DNA from: Octopus sinensis
Taxonomy: Eukaryota
Assembly (NCBI RefSeq): GCF_006345805.1
Contig: NC_042999.1
Coordinates: 95,666,001 to 95,730,000 of the forward strand
DNA: 64,000 nucleotides
Direction of reading: 5' to 3'
Part shown: positions 1 through 13,149 of the stretch, one piece after another
How the letters are laid out: the number at the start of each line of letters is the position of its first letter
How positions within the stretch are numbered: the first letter of the stretch is position 1
Notes under the pieces: model-generated
What the model was told of the DNA's origin: nothing
Databases searched by the model: none
What the model saw: only the letters and a program-made list of their open reading frames with translations
Program-made: the position numbers and the translations under genes

Positions 1-52
<52 letters not shown>

Positions 53-78
53 ATATATGTGTGTGTATATATATATAT

Positions 79-325
79 AAAATCAAAATAAGCAACAAGG
101 ATATCCAGAGGTAATGCAGTACGATCGTTTCATGCAACTCCATTTAATTGATCAATGCAATCATTTCATTACATCATTTTAAAATGTAGAGCAATCTTCA
201 GCTGCACAAAGAGAATTTAATTAAATTAGAACAAAAGGGCACATTAATATAATTTTACCTAAAATCTCCAAGGAGTTAAGGAGATGGACAGAGAACATGT
301 TGTACCAACAACATCATAGTTGTAA

Positions 326-327
<2 letters not shown>
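79..327 (-). mobile_element. Short repeat carrying a hammerhead ribozyme motif; probable Penelope-like pseudo-LTR fragment
   Basis: Island of non-microsatellite sequence between (TA)n tracts. Contains a hammerhead core on the minus strand. Assignment to Penelope is inferred from the known association of type I hammerheads with PLE terminal repeats. Confidence 0.55.
114..207 (-). ncRNA. Type I hammerhead ribozyme motif
   Basis: Minus strand reads GTGCAG-CTGAAGA-[stem II]-GAAAC-GATC-GTA-CTGCAT. CUGANGA is at 201-195 and GAAAC at 131-127. Stem III lies in the palindrome ACGATCGT, and the GUA cleavage triplet is at 122-120. Stem I is TGCAG/CTGCA (206-202 with 119-115). Stem II is long and imperfect and opens with a U.U mismatch. 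Confidence 0.7.
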
Positions 328-364
<37 letters not shown>

Positions 365-368
<4 letters not shown>

Positions 369-890
369 AGCTCAAGCATCATCAAACTCACCAAAATATT
401 TGCTGGTGACTCCAGGGTCCAGAAAATCATCAACAAAGAAGACTGAATTGAAATGCATTCTGATCTACATGCTGTAAGCCAATAGGTAGACAAAAACAAA
501 TTAAAGTTAAGGGAAAATTTTGAACTGATGCATTTTGGAAAAAAGACTACATTCAAACAACCATTTTCTCTTCTATCAGAGGAACCACTTACAGCATCCA
601 ATAATGTCAGAGACCTAGGGGTAATTGTTGACAATAATCTGAACTGGAGTGTGCACATTAACAAAATGTTGACATAGCTCCATAATGAGTTTCTAAGGTG
701 TTCAAAACTTTCTGGTCCAGGGAGCAAGATGTCATCATTCCTGTCTTCTCTTTTGTGACAACATCCAGAATATTGCTACCCCTGTGGTCTCACTACACAA
801 AACAAAATATCACGAGAACTAAAACATTGAAACTTTATTCTCTCCAGCTCTACCATGAGTGCTGCACCAGTTGCACAATGGGGAGAATAC
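365..890 (+). mobile_element. CR1/L2-type LINE reverse transcriptase 3' fragment (decayed)
   Basis: Plus-strand translation gives KIFAGDSRVQ (degenerate FADD motif), NNVRDLGVIVDNNLNWSVHIN and MFKTFWSRE...LPLWSHY, which are typical C-terminal motifs of this RT group. Stops and frameshifts are present. Confidence 0.75.
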
Positions 891-970
891 ACCACTATAC
901 ATATATATATGTGTGTGTATATATACATACACACACATATATATGTATATATGTATATATATATGTGTGT

Positions 971-1162
971 GGAGAATTCACGAAAGAAACAAAAGACGAA
1001 GACAGGTGCTTTAGAAAAAAAACAGATGTATTAGTATAACGCTCAGGAACTGAAAAAGTCTTTTACGTTTCGAGCCTACACTCTTCTACAGAAAGGAACA
1101 TAGAAAGAAATGAGGAGAGAAAAAAAATGTGTGTAGTGGCTACCGATCTATCATGGCGACTC
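971..1162 (-). mobile_element. Short CpG-retaining repeat with a hammerhead-like variant; probable Penelope-like terminal repeat fragment
   Basis: Inserted between (TA)n tracts. Minus strand contains CTTT-CTGTAGAA-GAGT(GTAG)GCTC-GAAAC-GTA-AAAG. Confidence 0.45.
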
Positions 1163-1187
1163 ATATATATATATGTGTGTATATATA

Positions 1188-1233
<46 letters not shown>

Positions 1234-1889
1234 ATATACACATACATATGGACAGACAGACGGACGGACAGATGGATTGATTGATTATGAAAATTTGTAT
1301 TTTTATTTATATGTTGTTCAAAGAGTTCCTGCCCTATCAGTTATGTGTGATGTAGTAGTAATATTTTTCCTTGTCCAGGAAATTTACAAGTAAAGTTATA
1401 AACCTTGATAACAGCTAGTAATTTTTCAGAATTATTCAACAGCTTGACAATAAAACCTTCAACTTAAATTTGTGTGAAAATAGGCTACAGTAAAGGTATT
1501 AAAGATATTATGTAACATTAGGAAACATCTGAGAATTAAAATTTGTTCTCAGATTTGCTATTCCAAGAACTTAGCATTACACCTCAGCTTTCAAAATAAT
1601 TTCTCCAAGTGTAATTGTGTCTCTTTACAAAGTAACAATATAAAGTGTTTGCTACTGTTCACTAATGTTCAGTGAAGGCATTCATAAGGAGGTATAGAGG
1701 AAATTGTTACCTGTATTATCTTCTAAAATGTAGTGCAAATAACTCTTCTGAGTAATGATATAGTGTTGTGAGTAGTGGACTAAAATATTCAGCATAATAT
1801 TTTGCCATCACTGTCATAGTTTCATCTTTCAACCACAGTTTATTGTTGGTACATTTTAAAAAACACAGTTAATATTAAAAGTTGAATAA

Positions 1890-2090
1890 AGGCAGTGAGC
1901 TGGCAAAATTCTTTGTATGCCGTGTGAAATGCCGAGTGGCAGTTCCTCCATCTCAAATTCTGCTGAGGTTGACATTGCCTTTTATCCTTTTGGGGTCAAT
2001 AAAATTAGTACCAGTTGAGCACTGGGGTCAATATAATTGACTTATTTCATTGCTTGAGCTTGCCAGCCTAGTGTCAAAATACAAAACCAA
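1890..2090 (+). mobile_element. tRNA-derived SINE with CORE-like domain (decayed)
   Basis: Head GGCAGTGAGCTGGCAAAAT, then GTTGACATTGCCTTTTATCCTTTTGGGGTCAATAAAATTAGTACCAG, which resembles the CORE domain. Related remnants lie at about 30905-31070 (+) and 44760-44830 (-). Confidence 0.65.
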
Positions 2091-3580
2091 TACTAAATTT
2101 GAATTAAGTCAAGATTTTAGTTTTATATAAGAGAAACAAAAGGCATAATGTGCATATCTTTTTTAATGTTATTAACTTTATTTAATTTAGGTAAAATATA
2201 AATAACTGTAAATCAAAGTTGGCTGTATTCTCCACTTATTGGGATCTTATTCTTTATGACTATAGTATTGAAAAAAGTAACTATGATAGATATTCTTAAT
2301 ACTATAGTTCTTAATTGAAATAATAAAGTAATTTGACAAAAGTTTTACCTTGTTATTGTTTTATTGTTATTGAGACTACATACTAAGAAAGAGAATTATA
2401 TATTAAATTACATATTTCATTAGGTATAAATCGTTACGTTTATTCATTTAATATCAATTGCTTTATAAAGCATTGTTAATTAAAAGGTCAAAATATGGGT
2501 ATTGACACACAGCAGTATGAATAGAAAAGTGTCAATATATATATATGTATATATATATTTTATCCTTATAATTTATTAACATCATTTTATGAAGTGGATA
2601 TTAATAAAGAAAGATAAGAGTTAATAACTAATGAAGCATATAATTTAACATATAATTCTCACACTTAATTTTATATATCTCAATACAAATGAAACAAAAC
2701 TGTCAAATATGAAATATTTTATTTCAGTTAAAATCTGCTGTATATAAGTTATTGTTGGTTTCTTCACTTGTATTGTCACAGAAAATATGTAAGATCCCAA
2801 CAAACAGTATGCAGCCAACTTTGATTATCAACTGTGTATTTTTTCAATTATATATATTTAAACACATACACACACCTACATATATACACAAGCACATACT
2901 TTATCTCCTCTTCTACTTTGGAGCAAGTTTTATGCTAAGTTTTAATTTTTAAAATATTTTCCATTTTATAGTTAAATCCTTCTGAATTATTTTTATTGGA
3001 AGTTATTTACTTGGTTTTGCTAAGAATATTATCAGGCTGCAATGAAGTAAATGCTAGAAGAAAAAGGTAACAATATCAAGTGATGTAATAAGAGAGCTGC
3101 TCAGCCTACAAGAAGAAAATCAGGAAATTATGTTCATTACTTAAAATGTTGATTATCAGATGACAGATATTTCAATATTGAAAATTAAGGACTCAAAAAT
3201 AAATATATAAAATGAAATAAGACAAAACAACAATAACAATGAGAATTTTTCTTTTAGTGATTACTGATGAGATTAAATCTGCAACTTTAAAACTAGCAAT
3301 AACTTATAATTCATTTCTTTATATTTCAACAAACTTAATTTATATATATATATATCTGTGAACAATAGTATGTATTATCATCATGATCGTTTAACGTCCA
3401 TTTTTCATGCTAGCATGGGTTGGACGGTTCGACCGGGGTCTGGGAAACCAGGAAGCTGCATCAGTCTAGTCTGATCTGGCAGTGTTTCTACAGCTGGATG
3501 CCCTTCTTAACGCCAACCACTCTGAACATTAGTGAACAGTAGCAAACACTTTATATTGTTACTTTGATATATCAGTATAA

Positions 3581-3632
<52 letters not shown>

Positions 3633-4006
3633 CTATCTCTCTCTCTCTCTCTCATTAAAGCATCAGAAAGGAAAATAGGGTGTTGATATTTGTTTAACCA
3701 TAATTTAAACATGACCAAAGTATCCCATCATTTTTTTTTTAATGTATAGTGAATCTACGAATGTATTGGCCAATGTGTATGGTCTTGTGTGAGGGAGATT
3801 TCATTACTATTTCTATCAAGTTGAATGCCACTCTAGAGCTCTTACATGGATTACATATAATGTGCTGAAATGCATAGCAGAATACTTCATGTACTGAGTC
3901 CTGCCTGCACACTGAAATGCAAGTATGTACAAACATACATACATTCACTCACTCATATATATGGCTGTTTAGTTAAGAAATGTATTTCAAAGTCATAAGC
4001 TTCTAT

Positions 4007-4553
4007 ATTTAAACATTTTTGCCACCATGGACTTATCTTATACAAATCAACCAAAACCTTGTGAATAAAACTTGATGAGACAAAAGTGGATGACCAAATG
4101 GATAGTAGCAGATATTCAGTTAGTGATTCATGTCATAAGTCCTTGTATACATAAATGTAAATAGGCCTCTACTTCAATTACCCCCATAAGAAATAATTGA
4201 ACTCCAGAGGACAGTAATGTCAAACCTTTTGCTGTAACTTGCCTGGAAAGTCTTCTGGAATTCCATTTTCTATAATGGAATTAGAAGTCATATTTGACTT
4301 GATGGCTTCATCCATCCATATATGTTATAATATTGTAATTTTCTCAACTGTTAACCTCAGTTTTATAAATAAAATAATTTTCAAAATTGACATCTACATT
4401 ATGCTTATGTCAAATTCTTCAAAATTTATGCCTACATTATGTTTTTACCCAAATATTCCAAAATCTACACCTACTTTTGTCTCATCAAGTTTTATTCACA
4501 AGGTTTTGGTTGATTTGTATAAGATAAGTCCATGGTGGCAAAAAGGTTTAAAT
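4007..4553. repeat. 81-bp inverted repeat (4007-4087 / 4473-4553), 80/81 identical, 385-bp spacer
   Basis: Direct base-by-base comparison of the left arm with the reverse complement of the right arm. The single mismatch is at 4015. Confidence 0.95.
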
Positions 4554-5139
4554 TATGTCTTGGTTAGTTTGATCCCCACCATTTTCATGTCTCTTTTTTA
4601 AGAATATATTCATAATATCAAAATCAATTCAAGCTAGAAAATTTTATTTCTAAATTAAGAGTATTAATATTGTGTTTAGAATTGACGTTACAATTTTTAA
4701 AATTATTGAAACTGATTTTTCAGGATTTCCATTGTTATAAGATATTTGTTTAGGCATTTCTGATTAGATGTTTCTCCTCTTAGAATATTTCTGATTTTTC
4801 TCTAGTTTATCCTTTAAGTACTTCCCAGTTTAGCTATTGTAGCACTTATTACTTGTGCACAGGATATTATTGAAGCTGTTTTTGCATTGCAGATATTCTT
4901 TGATATGGCTGAATTTCACTAAGAAATTTTCAAAGTGTAATGTTATTTTTCTATACAGTTCTGATGCAGATTGGCTGAATTTTTCCAGTTAGAATCATTG
5001 TAGCTAAAGTTACTTTCCGCTTCAAAGTAGCTGTGGGTCTTATTTCAGATAAGCTGAGTATTTGTTTTTGAGGTGCTAAATCATTGTTATCACCATCACC
5101 ACTGCTGTCATCTCCTCTTGTTCTTCCCAGCGCTTGTAT

Positions 5140-5650
5140 GTAAATAGGAGTGGGGACAGAAAACCTGTGTGTGTTGAGGGTTAGAGTTTGCACGTATGTC
5201 TGGGAAGAATGAAGGATAGCTAGAGATGGGTAGTGGGTGAGAGGGTGAATATAAGGAATGAAGAACAATGAGTGAGGGTCAATGATAAATGTACATTAGA
5301 GGGAAGGTAGGGAAGAGTTAGTGATGACCATAGGGTTGAGAAGTGGATTTAGGGAATGTGGGAAAAAGCAAAGAGGTGATTGATGGTACATATGAATTGG
5401 GGGAAAGGTAAAGAAGAACAGGTGATGACTGACCATGCAGAAAGGGATGAAGAGCTGCAAAGAAATTATGATAATACAAAACAATAAACAGTTGCAGGAT
5501 GAAATGGAGATAACATGTGGGTATGTAGGATGAAAGTATGGGAGGGAAGAAGCAGATGCAATGCATGGAGAAAGTGAGAGATGTATGTTAGCAGAAAAGG
5601 AGAGTACAACATTAATGCAGATATATTTTTTAATATTTCCTTGATACCAA
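5140..5650 (-). mobile_element. Penelope-like element remnant (RT thumb / linker region)
   Basis: Purine-rich plus strand. Minus translation PYFHPTYPHVISI...LFFFTFPP resembles the PLE motif PLVLTYHP...IF..PP. Confidence 0.4.
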
Positions 5651-6084
5651 GTCATTCAACAATTCATATCATAAAATTATATTGATAATTGAATGCATAG
5701 TTTAAGTCAGGTCAGGTGTTTGTTGGTTTTCAGTGCACTGATGATCTGACACTTGGCTGTACAATATGCTTCTGTACATGAAAGAATGACATTTAGTTGT
5801 TAATTTCCTTTTCCAAAGTAAACTGAATTGAAGTACATAGTGAGTTTATGTGGTATATCAGAACTTGAATAACCTCTTCATGTCTTCAAGTACAAAGATA
5901 TCATTCTTGTAACTTAAATAGGCTGTACCTTTCAGTATTGTACTAACTATACCTAAGCTATTAAAGTAACCGATGTAGATTTTAGTAAAAACTGGAGATG
6001 ATTTATAAACCTGCAATCAGTCCTTTCACTTGTGGTAACATTCATATTTGGTCTATGAAAACATAGCAACTGCAACAGAGCCAA

Positions 6085-6480
6085 TATTGTGCTTAAATGT
6101 ATCCAATATTCTCTGTAGAATGGACTGCATACGACATCAAGTCAATAGGATAGAAAACAGTTGATAAGAAAAACTAGATTGGTATGTCAAAAGGCGAATT
6201 TCATAGAAAATTTTATAATCATGTATCATTCAGACACACTAACAAAAGAAACAATGTGGTATTGGCAAATCACATTTGGAAACTAAAGGACAATAACATA
6301 CGTTGTAACATCAAATGGAAAGTTTTAAGATGAAAACCATATGCAAATAGAGCAAAGAGATGCAGCCTCTATATAGCAGAAACAACACATCCTGCTTAAA
6401 TTCAAGAACAACAGCAACTATCTGAATTCCAGAAGTGTAATGTTCACCAGTTACATCCATAAAGACAAAATATTATCCTA
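6085..6480 (+). mobile_element. Penelope-like GIY-YIG endonuclease remnant
   Basis: Translates N*IGMSKGEFHRKFYNHVSFRHTNKRNNVVLANHIWKLKD...IKWKVLR*KPYANRAKRCSLYIAE, matching the PLE pattern YIG..F..R..NH..SF...LS..IW.LK...W.I...C.LC..E. Confidence 0.75.
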
Positions 6481-7072
6481 TACATTTAGAAAATACCTCT
6501 TACACCATTGATAACAAGCCAGCTGAAAGAAACACTACATTTTTTCCCTCTCAGTTAAGAAAACTCCCAACAGTTGTACTCCTCTATGCACACAGAACCA
6601 ACATAGTGCACATATCACCTCATCTAAATACACAACCACCACTACATTCCTTATCATTCCCCTTAAACATCCTATTCACCTAAAATAACACATGCAGCAA
6701 CAATGAATTCGAACATTTTATATATTTTAACACAATTAAAAACATATACTTTAAAGTATTTTCCTAGTTAATACTGAACTCAATAACTGCTGACAATCCA
6801 AAGGCCACATCTTACACTTAAATTCTACTGAGGTAAACCCTTTCGAAACAAAAATACACTTACACATTAGAATTGGTTTTACTCACGTTTTTGACAACCT
6901 GAAAATTTGAGGAGAAAATGGTACCAGCTTCAACTAAGCTTAGCCATGTATCTTTCTCTAAACATGCAACTTAAGTTATCTCTAACATAATAAAATATTC
7001 ATGACTCTTCAATGTATGGAGTGTTTAAGTTGCAGAATCTACCAACAAATAAGCAGTACACACACACATTGT

Positions 7073-7500
7073 ATAGCTGTAGTTAAGAAGTTGTATCACA
7101 GCCACATGGTTTCAGAACAGTGCCATTGCATGGCTCCTTCAGCTGACCAAAGATTTGTTGGTAGATTCAATAGATGGAAACCAAAAAATCCCATAATATA
7201 TATGTATATAAATATATTTAGGCCTATTCACATCTCTTGCCTTGACATTTTGTAGTCACTGTAAACAAATATCACTGTCAAATAGTACTATTAATTTGCA
7301 ATTGTCTGTGAAAACCTGTCTAGGGGGTTGTGCTGTCAGTATTCAAATGATTAAGTGATTAAATATTACATTGTTTGAAAGCAGGTAAGAGTTGGTGACA
7401 TCAAGATCCTACATCCATTGCAAACTTGCTTCGACAAATTTCATCAAACCCATACAAGCATGAAGAATTAGATGCCAAAATTATGAGGATGTGATGATAT
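7073..7500 (+). mobile_element. tRNA-headed SINE with RTE-like tail (decayed)
   Basis: Head GTAGTTAAGAAGTTG...GACCAAAG, and tail GTTGGTGAC...CCCATACAAGCATG...GATGTGATGAT. Same family as 53921-54335. Confidence 0.55.
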
Positions 7501-10500
7501 ATAAACACGCACACACACACACACATACATACATATATATATAGTAATGTTTATATTCCAACATAATGTGGCAGTCCTGTAAAGGACGATGTTACTGTTG
7601 TTTTAACCCCAAGAAAACATCTTTTCCAACTGGCTAATGACACACAGTATGTGTCAGTATATAGCGTTTACAAGGGAGGTCATTGCTCCCTTCTCTAGCC
7701 TTATGTGATACTCTGGTACTATTATTGTATTTCTCTCACTCAGAGATTTAAAACAAGTTGTTTTTTCTCAATCAGCAACTGTGTATCGCTGAAAGAATAT
7801 ATAGTATTTGCAAGTGGAGATAGCTTTTGTCACTAGGTGGTGATTGTCTCACACTGAGGATGGATAACATTCAGAAACCCAGGTCTGTGAGTATCATGTA
7901 AGGAAAGAGATGGGAGCATGCATGTATATATATGTTGATCAGACAGGTTTCTGCATATTTTCCTTTTATCAAAATACACTCTCACCACTTTTTTTTAGAA
8001 CAAACGTCCCCAAAGTACTGTCCATTGAAATTAAACTTTGAACCACTTGATGGCATATATGCATGTGTATAGGCATGTATGTATACATGCAAGGCTAATA
8101 GTACTACATTCATATGCAGTTCTATTAGTCATTGTGCTATTAGAGTACTATGGAATACATTTAGTTTATACTGTATGCTAAGAAGTTTTGTGTGTTAGTA
8201 TACCTTTTAATACCTTCACAAAGCCATTAGACTAAACTCTTATATTACTATAAAGTTAAGCTGAAGGGATATAGTGTGTCCTTTGGATATGGTGTTAATG
8301 GATTTCATTTCACATTCCCACAAATTCTTGCTATTGTTTTGTCTTGATAAAACATGTTTGGAATCAGAATTAAGGTTGCACCCAAAGACAAAAAATATAT
8401 ATGTAGAAAGATTTGCTTTTAACTCACAGTCATCTTAATACTTACCCATTAAAATCATGTATATACTCTTTGTCCATAACAGCTTTCAAACTTTGACATG
8501 AAGATACGAGTTGATCAAATGCACTTCAAGCAGGATGCTTTTCCTACTGTAATCTACTCCAAACCAAAAATAATAGTGGTACATGTTGTGAGTCAAGCAA
8601 CTGTTGAAGGTAGACTTATATACCAACTCATCACTTAAAAAAATAACTGGACATGATTTGAATTAATAACCAAATTATTTACAGCCCAGCATTTTGAACC
8701 TTTAGTATTTGTTGTAAACAGTGATTTTTTACCTTGCAATCACATACTGAATTGTTTTCAGAAAGTATACATGTATGATTATATTTCACTATCTTTCATT
8801 TCATAGTAAATTTTAGTAGGAAATTATTGCTAATAATATAACGAGACTCCTCTGTCAAAATGATGGATTATAATTAAGATGGTTCCATTTGATATTTGAA
8901 GGCATTGTGGATAGTACATTACAAGAAACCACCATACAGACAGGAGAACACTCATGGAACAGTAGTCCTTAAATAAAGGACTACATGTAATATTGTGAGT
9001 GGGTTTCATATGAAAAACTAGTATGTGTGGTTAGAAGATGCATTGGGTTGTTTGAGGAGAAGATGTATTCAGTTTATTGCCAAATGTAGTGGTAATACTA
9101 ATACATATTACTATATTGGTTTCTGAGGCTTTGATTCAGTAATTATGCTCTTTTATCACACAGCTGCAATATTTATTTTTTAGCGTGCTTGCACATTCAT
9201 ACACATATAGGTATGTTCATTTTTCTGTGTGTGTGTGTGTGTGTGTGCATGTGAGTATGATGTGCATTCATTGTGCAAAAATGTACACACAAACATTATT
9301 TATATTTAACTGTGAGTCATAAAATTAAAGGAATACTGTGACAAAATGGATATTCAAATACTTTAAAGAGCACAATGTTGAATATCTTATGCATCAAGAG
9401 TAGAATTTAATTTTATTGAATTTAATTTGAATGATATTTCTATTTATAATAATGGTAAAAGACTAATATCATTCCCATTAAACATTTAAAATTAATATTT
9501 TAATGTATTAAAAATATACTTCATGTTTTAAGCTGTGATAAAATATTTACCTGATATTCCTATGTAGTTGTTTGAAAATTATATTTCTTGATGATATCCT
9601 TCTAAGATCTATATTGAATTATGCCTATGATGTCAAACGTGTGGGTGTTTCATATGTAGGTGTTGACGTATGTAAGTAATTGCTATGTTTTAGTGATATA
9701 ACTATGGAGCTGAGGGCTATGTTTGTTCTAGAAATCATATAGAGTTTTTCCCCATTGATGTCTATGCAAAAGGAATAATGTTAGTAAAATACTAATTTCA
9801 TAAATAGATGTGAAAGTTGCTAAAATATTGAAAAAATACTTAATTTAAAGCAGGCTTGATTGATACTGTTATAAAGTTAATTTCTCTCAGCACTGAGTAG
9901 TGAATATTTTTCTGGAATATCTGGATGATGATGATCTATGATTATATCAAGTTTGTTTGAAATCAAAATTGTATTTAGTTTGAAATATAAAGAAGTGACT
10001 CAGCCCAAATTGATGACAAAATAGTTTTGTTTTGTGGCATACAAAACTCTTATGTTACTATTAAAAGGTGATTGCAACAATTTTAAACATTTTGTTTAGT
10101 ATTGTAGTTACTGTTTGCTCTGTTTTATCTCATTTGATAGTCAAAAGGTTTTGTAACAATTTATAAATAAATTTTGTAATGAAAGCACATCTATTCATTG
10201 AATATTGTTTCATATATGAAATTAAACAGAAAAGATGTGTTTGATTATTTCATGATTAAGTTGTAACAGAACAAATTATTTCATAAGATTTTGTTTTTAT
10301 TCACGTTTGCAACATATCCTTGCATTGGTTCCTTTGTTAATAAGTGTAAGACTCAGGCAAAAATGAAATCTTAAAAAAAGCAACTCTCATACCAAAAATA
10401 AATTAGATACTTATACATATATTATTACATTTTTTCTTTTAATTGTATCTTATTAATGATACACTAACACAGACAAATATGTGCAATGCACATACATGCA

Positions 10501-10789
10501 CACACACACACTAATAATAATAATAATAATATGAAATCAAAAAACATTTCTGGAATAATAAAAAAACAATGGGAAAAGTAACAGCAAAATAGAATTCTAC
10601 GTAAATAACTTTAAACATAGCGTTTAAATTTTATGCACTTCTTTGTTTGGAACATCAAAAAATATATATGAGAGAATAGAAAAGAAGATAAAATGTTTCT
10701 TAAAGTTAATCCAGCACAATGAATTAACTGCCAAGCGAATAACACAAGTACATACAATGGTACTTTTCATATATGGTAGTTTTCACATA

Positions 10790-13130
10790 TAGAAAAGTAT
10801 GTAGGTGTAAGGAAGTGTGTGTGATAAAAACATGTGAGTGTGCACAGGTGTATTTGGAGATGGGGGATATTTAAGTGCACAGGTAGGTGTTTTTCAATGT
10901 CTGAGATGTTGGTTTGAAAGGTAATAGTATTTGATAAAAACATGATTAAATGTTTTAGAGGTGTAGTGTGACAGTGTGTGTTTATGAGAGAAAGGTAAGA
11001 AACTAATGGGGGTGAAGTACACAGAAGATATGTGGTGATGTTGAAGAGAGACAGTGTTATTAAAGAAAACCAAAGCAGTTATCAATCCCAGTTGAGTAGG
11101 CTATGTTAAGAGGGAAAATTTGCTGTTATTTACAGTGCAAATAGGACATGAGGTCTATAGTGTAAAACAACATTGATGATGTAAGTTGCTTGTAGGTATA
11201 AATAGAAGACTGAATTGGTTTTGTCATATCAAACATCTAAAAAGTGCTTTTAAGATGATTGGCTAGTCTTTGACTGGTTTTACCAACATGCAGCAACCCA
11301 ATAAAACAGTCATCAGGGAGGGGGGGGGTGCAGAAGAATCAAGAGAAGCAAAAGGATTCAGGTTGGTGTGGTTTGTGATGAGAGAAGTCAGGACCAGAAA
11401 GTCATGTGGAATGTAAGTGCATCTCAAAGAAAGAAATGTGTTGAGAGAAGAAGTAGGAAGTAGCTGGTTCAAATTGGATGAGATGGAAATACCTTAGAGT
11501 AGATCATTAGAGCAGTAGGGTAGCAGGGTGGTAGATGATGAAGAAGAAAAGGCAGTTGGTAGTAGGTTAAATGTCAGTCCAACAACATAAAATAGTGTAC
11601 TATTTAGTGTGACTAGGTATAAAAGTTGGAGTTATGTGTACAGAGCTAGCAGAGCTGAAGGTATTGTAAGTAGGGGGTCATAAATTTTGTGTGCATAAGG
11701 TGAAATAAAATGGAAAATTGAAGTAGAAATGAAAGTCATTTGGTTTGTAAAGAACACAATTGGAGAAGTTGGTATGATCAACTGAGAGAGAAATGTCAAG
11801 GGAATCAGCTGAGGTGGTGGAGATGGTAGACAGGAAATCTAAAACTGGATGGGAAGAGTTCATAAGGTAAAGGAGATGATGTATTGATACAGTAATCAAC
11901 ATAAGTGTATAGTAATGGGATGAGTGTGGTGAATTTGGTGAAGATTTGGGCCTCTGTATGATCAACACACTGTTGCTGAATTTCTTTGTGATTTCCATGG
12001 CAACTCCAGTAACCTGTTGGTAGAAGTTAATGAGGAACAGTAATTGGGTTTGAGCATGGTACAATGGTCAGGGAAATATTTTAGGGTAGTGGCCCTTCAT
12101 TATAAGTGATAATTGTGTACAGGAACTGAATGCTCATAGTGAAAGAACCATGAGCAACAGGAAAGGGAAAGATTTGAAGAGGAAGATGTTGGGTTTGAGG
12201 TTGTAATTGTGTTACAGAAGGGTTAGAGATTGTAAATGTTTAACAGAAGGGTTTGGGGCTGTAAATATGTAACAGAAGGATTTGGGGTTGTAAATGTATA
12301 ACAGATGGGCTGTAACCAAGAGTGAGAGGAGCTTGTTTTGGTATTTGAAAATAAGTTCAGTGAATCAGTTGTGCATGGAAATAGTGGAATAAGGGAAGTT
12401 ATTGGTTTTATGGATCTTGAGCAAGAAGCAGACAGTGAAACTATGTAATGCACAGGGTAACATTAATGGTTGTGAGAGTGGGGAGAAAGGAGATATGAGT
12501 TAGCATATGTTCAAAAAGCAATTTACACTAGAATAGGGGTTTGAGTTGAGAAGTTGCTGAAATCAGACCACTACACCACCAGAGAACCACACATGTCAAC
12601 TAGCTTGGTAACAATATCCTATCAGTGGCAGTGATGTGCAGAGTTATGCTCAGGTGATGTTAAAGAATGTTAAATGTTTCAAAATCAAAGTGGTTCACTG
12701 TGTAGAGAAGCTTGTAAAAATGCTTCTAAAGTTTTTAACTGTCAGTGGTTGGGAATCCAATCTAATATATATTAGTTAAGGTCAGCAGAGTGGTCAGAGT
12801 TACTAGTTATAAGCAATTTCTGTAGTGGAAAAATGGCATATAGCACTGACTGTCAGAAACCACTTGAAGTCAGTCTGAGCCTGGAATAAATGAGGTGAAG
12901 GGTATGAAGCAGAGATTCCAAGGATGGAATGTCTAATATTGGTAAGATGTAGGCTGGAGGGTTGGGAGTAGAGTAATAATAGCATTTGAGGGAGAGATAG
13001 GTTTTAAGACTGTTGAGATAGTAGATGTTACGTCAAGGATGGGTTGAGCTTACTTTCTTTGGCATGGAAGAAGAAACTGAATAAAAGTCTGTTGAATTGA
13101 AGGGAAAAGTTATGAAATGGGTTATGAAAG
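10790..13130 (-). mobile_element. Long decayed Penelope-like retroelement (RT region)
   Basis: Minus translations: DIVTKLVDMCGSLVV*W (PLE motif IVIKPADKGGAVVVW, about 12570-12620), QVTGVAME (GVAMG motif), and NSSHPVLDFLSTISTTSADSLDISLS...VLYKPNDFHFY (N..HP.L.FT...S..FLDI...KPTD.H.YL). Confidence 0.75.
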
Positions 13131-13149
13131 CATTTAACAATAAGTAAAG

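Noticed and set aside
1527-1553. Small hairpin ATCTGAGAA...TTCTCAGAT and similar short palindromes (19577-19591, 39419-39432)
   Set aside because: Stems of 7-9 bp are expected by chance in 64 kb of AT-rich DNA.
4951-5135. Protein-like minus frame (GRTRGDDSSGDGDNNDLAPQKQ...)
   Set aside because: It adjoins a Penelope remnant and degenerates into frameshifts and stops downstream. No donor site. More likely decayed transposon.
8483-9671. Plus-strand open frames at 8483-8609 and 9568-9671 (also 2728-2788 and 29493-29554) with AG/GT boundaries
   Set aside because: Phases do not chain and no protein family was recognised. Two are exact antisense shadows of minus-strand frames. Compatible with chance.
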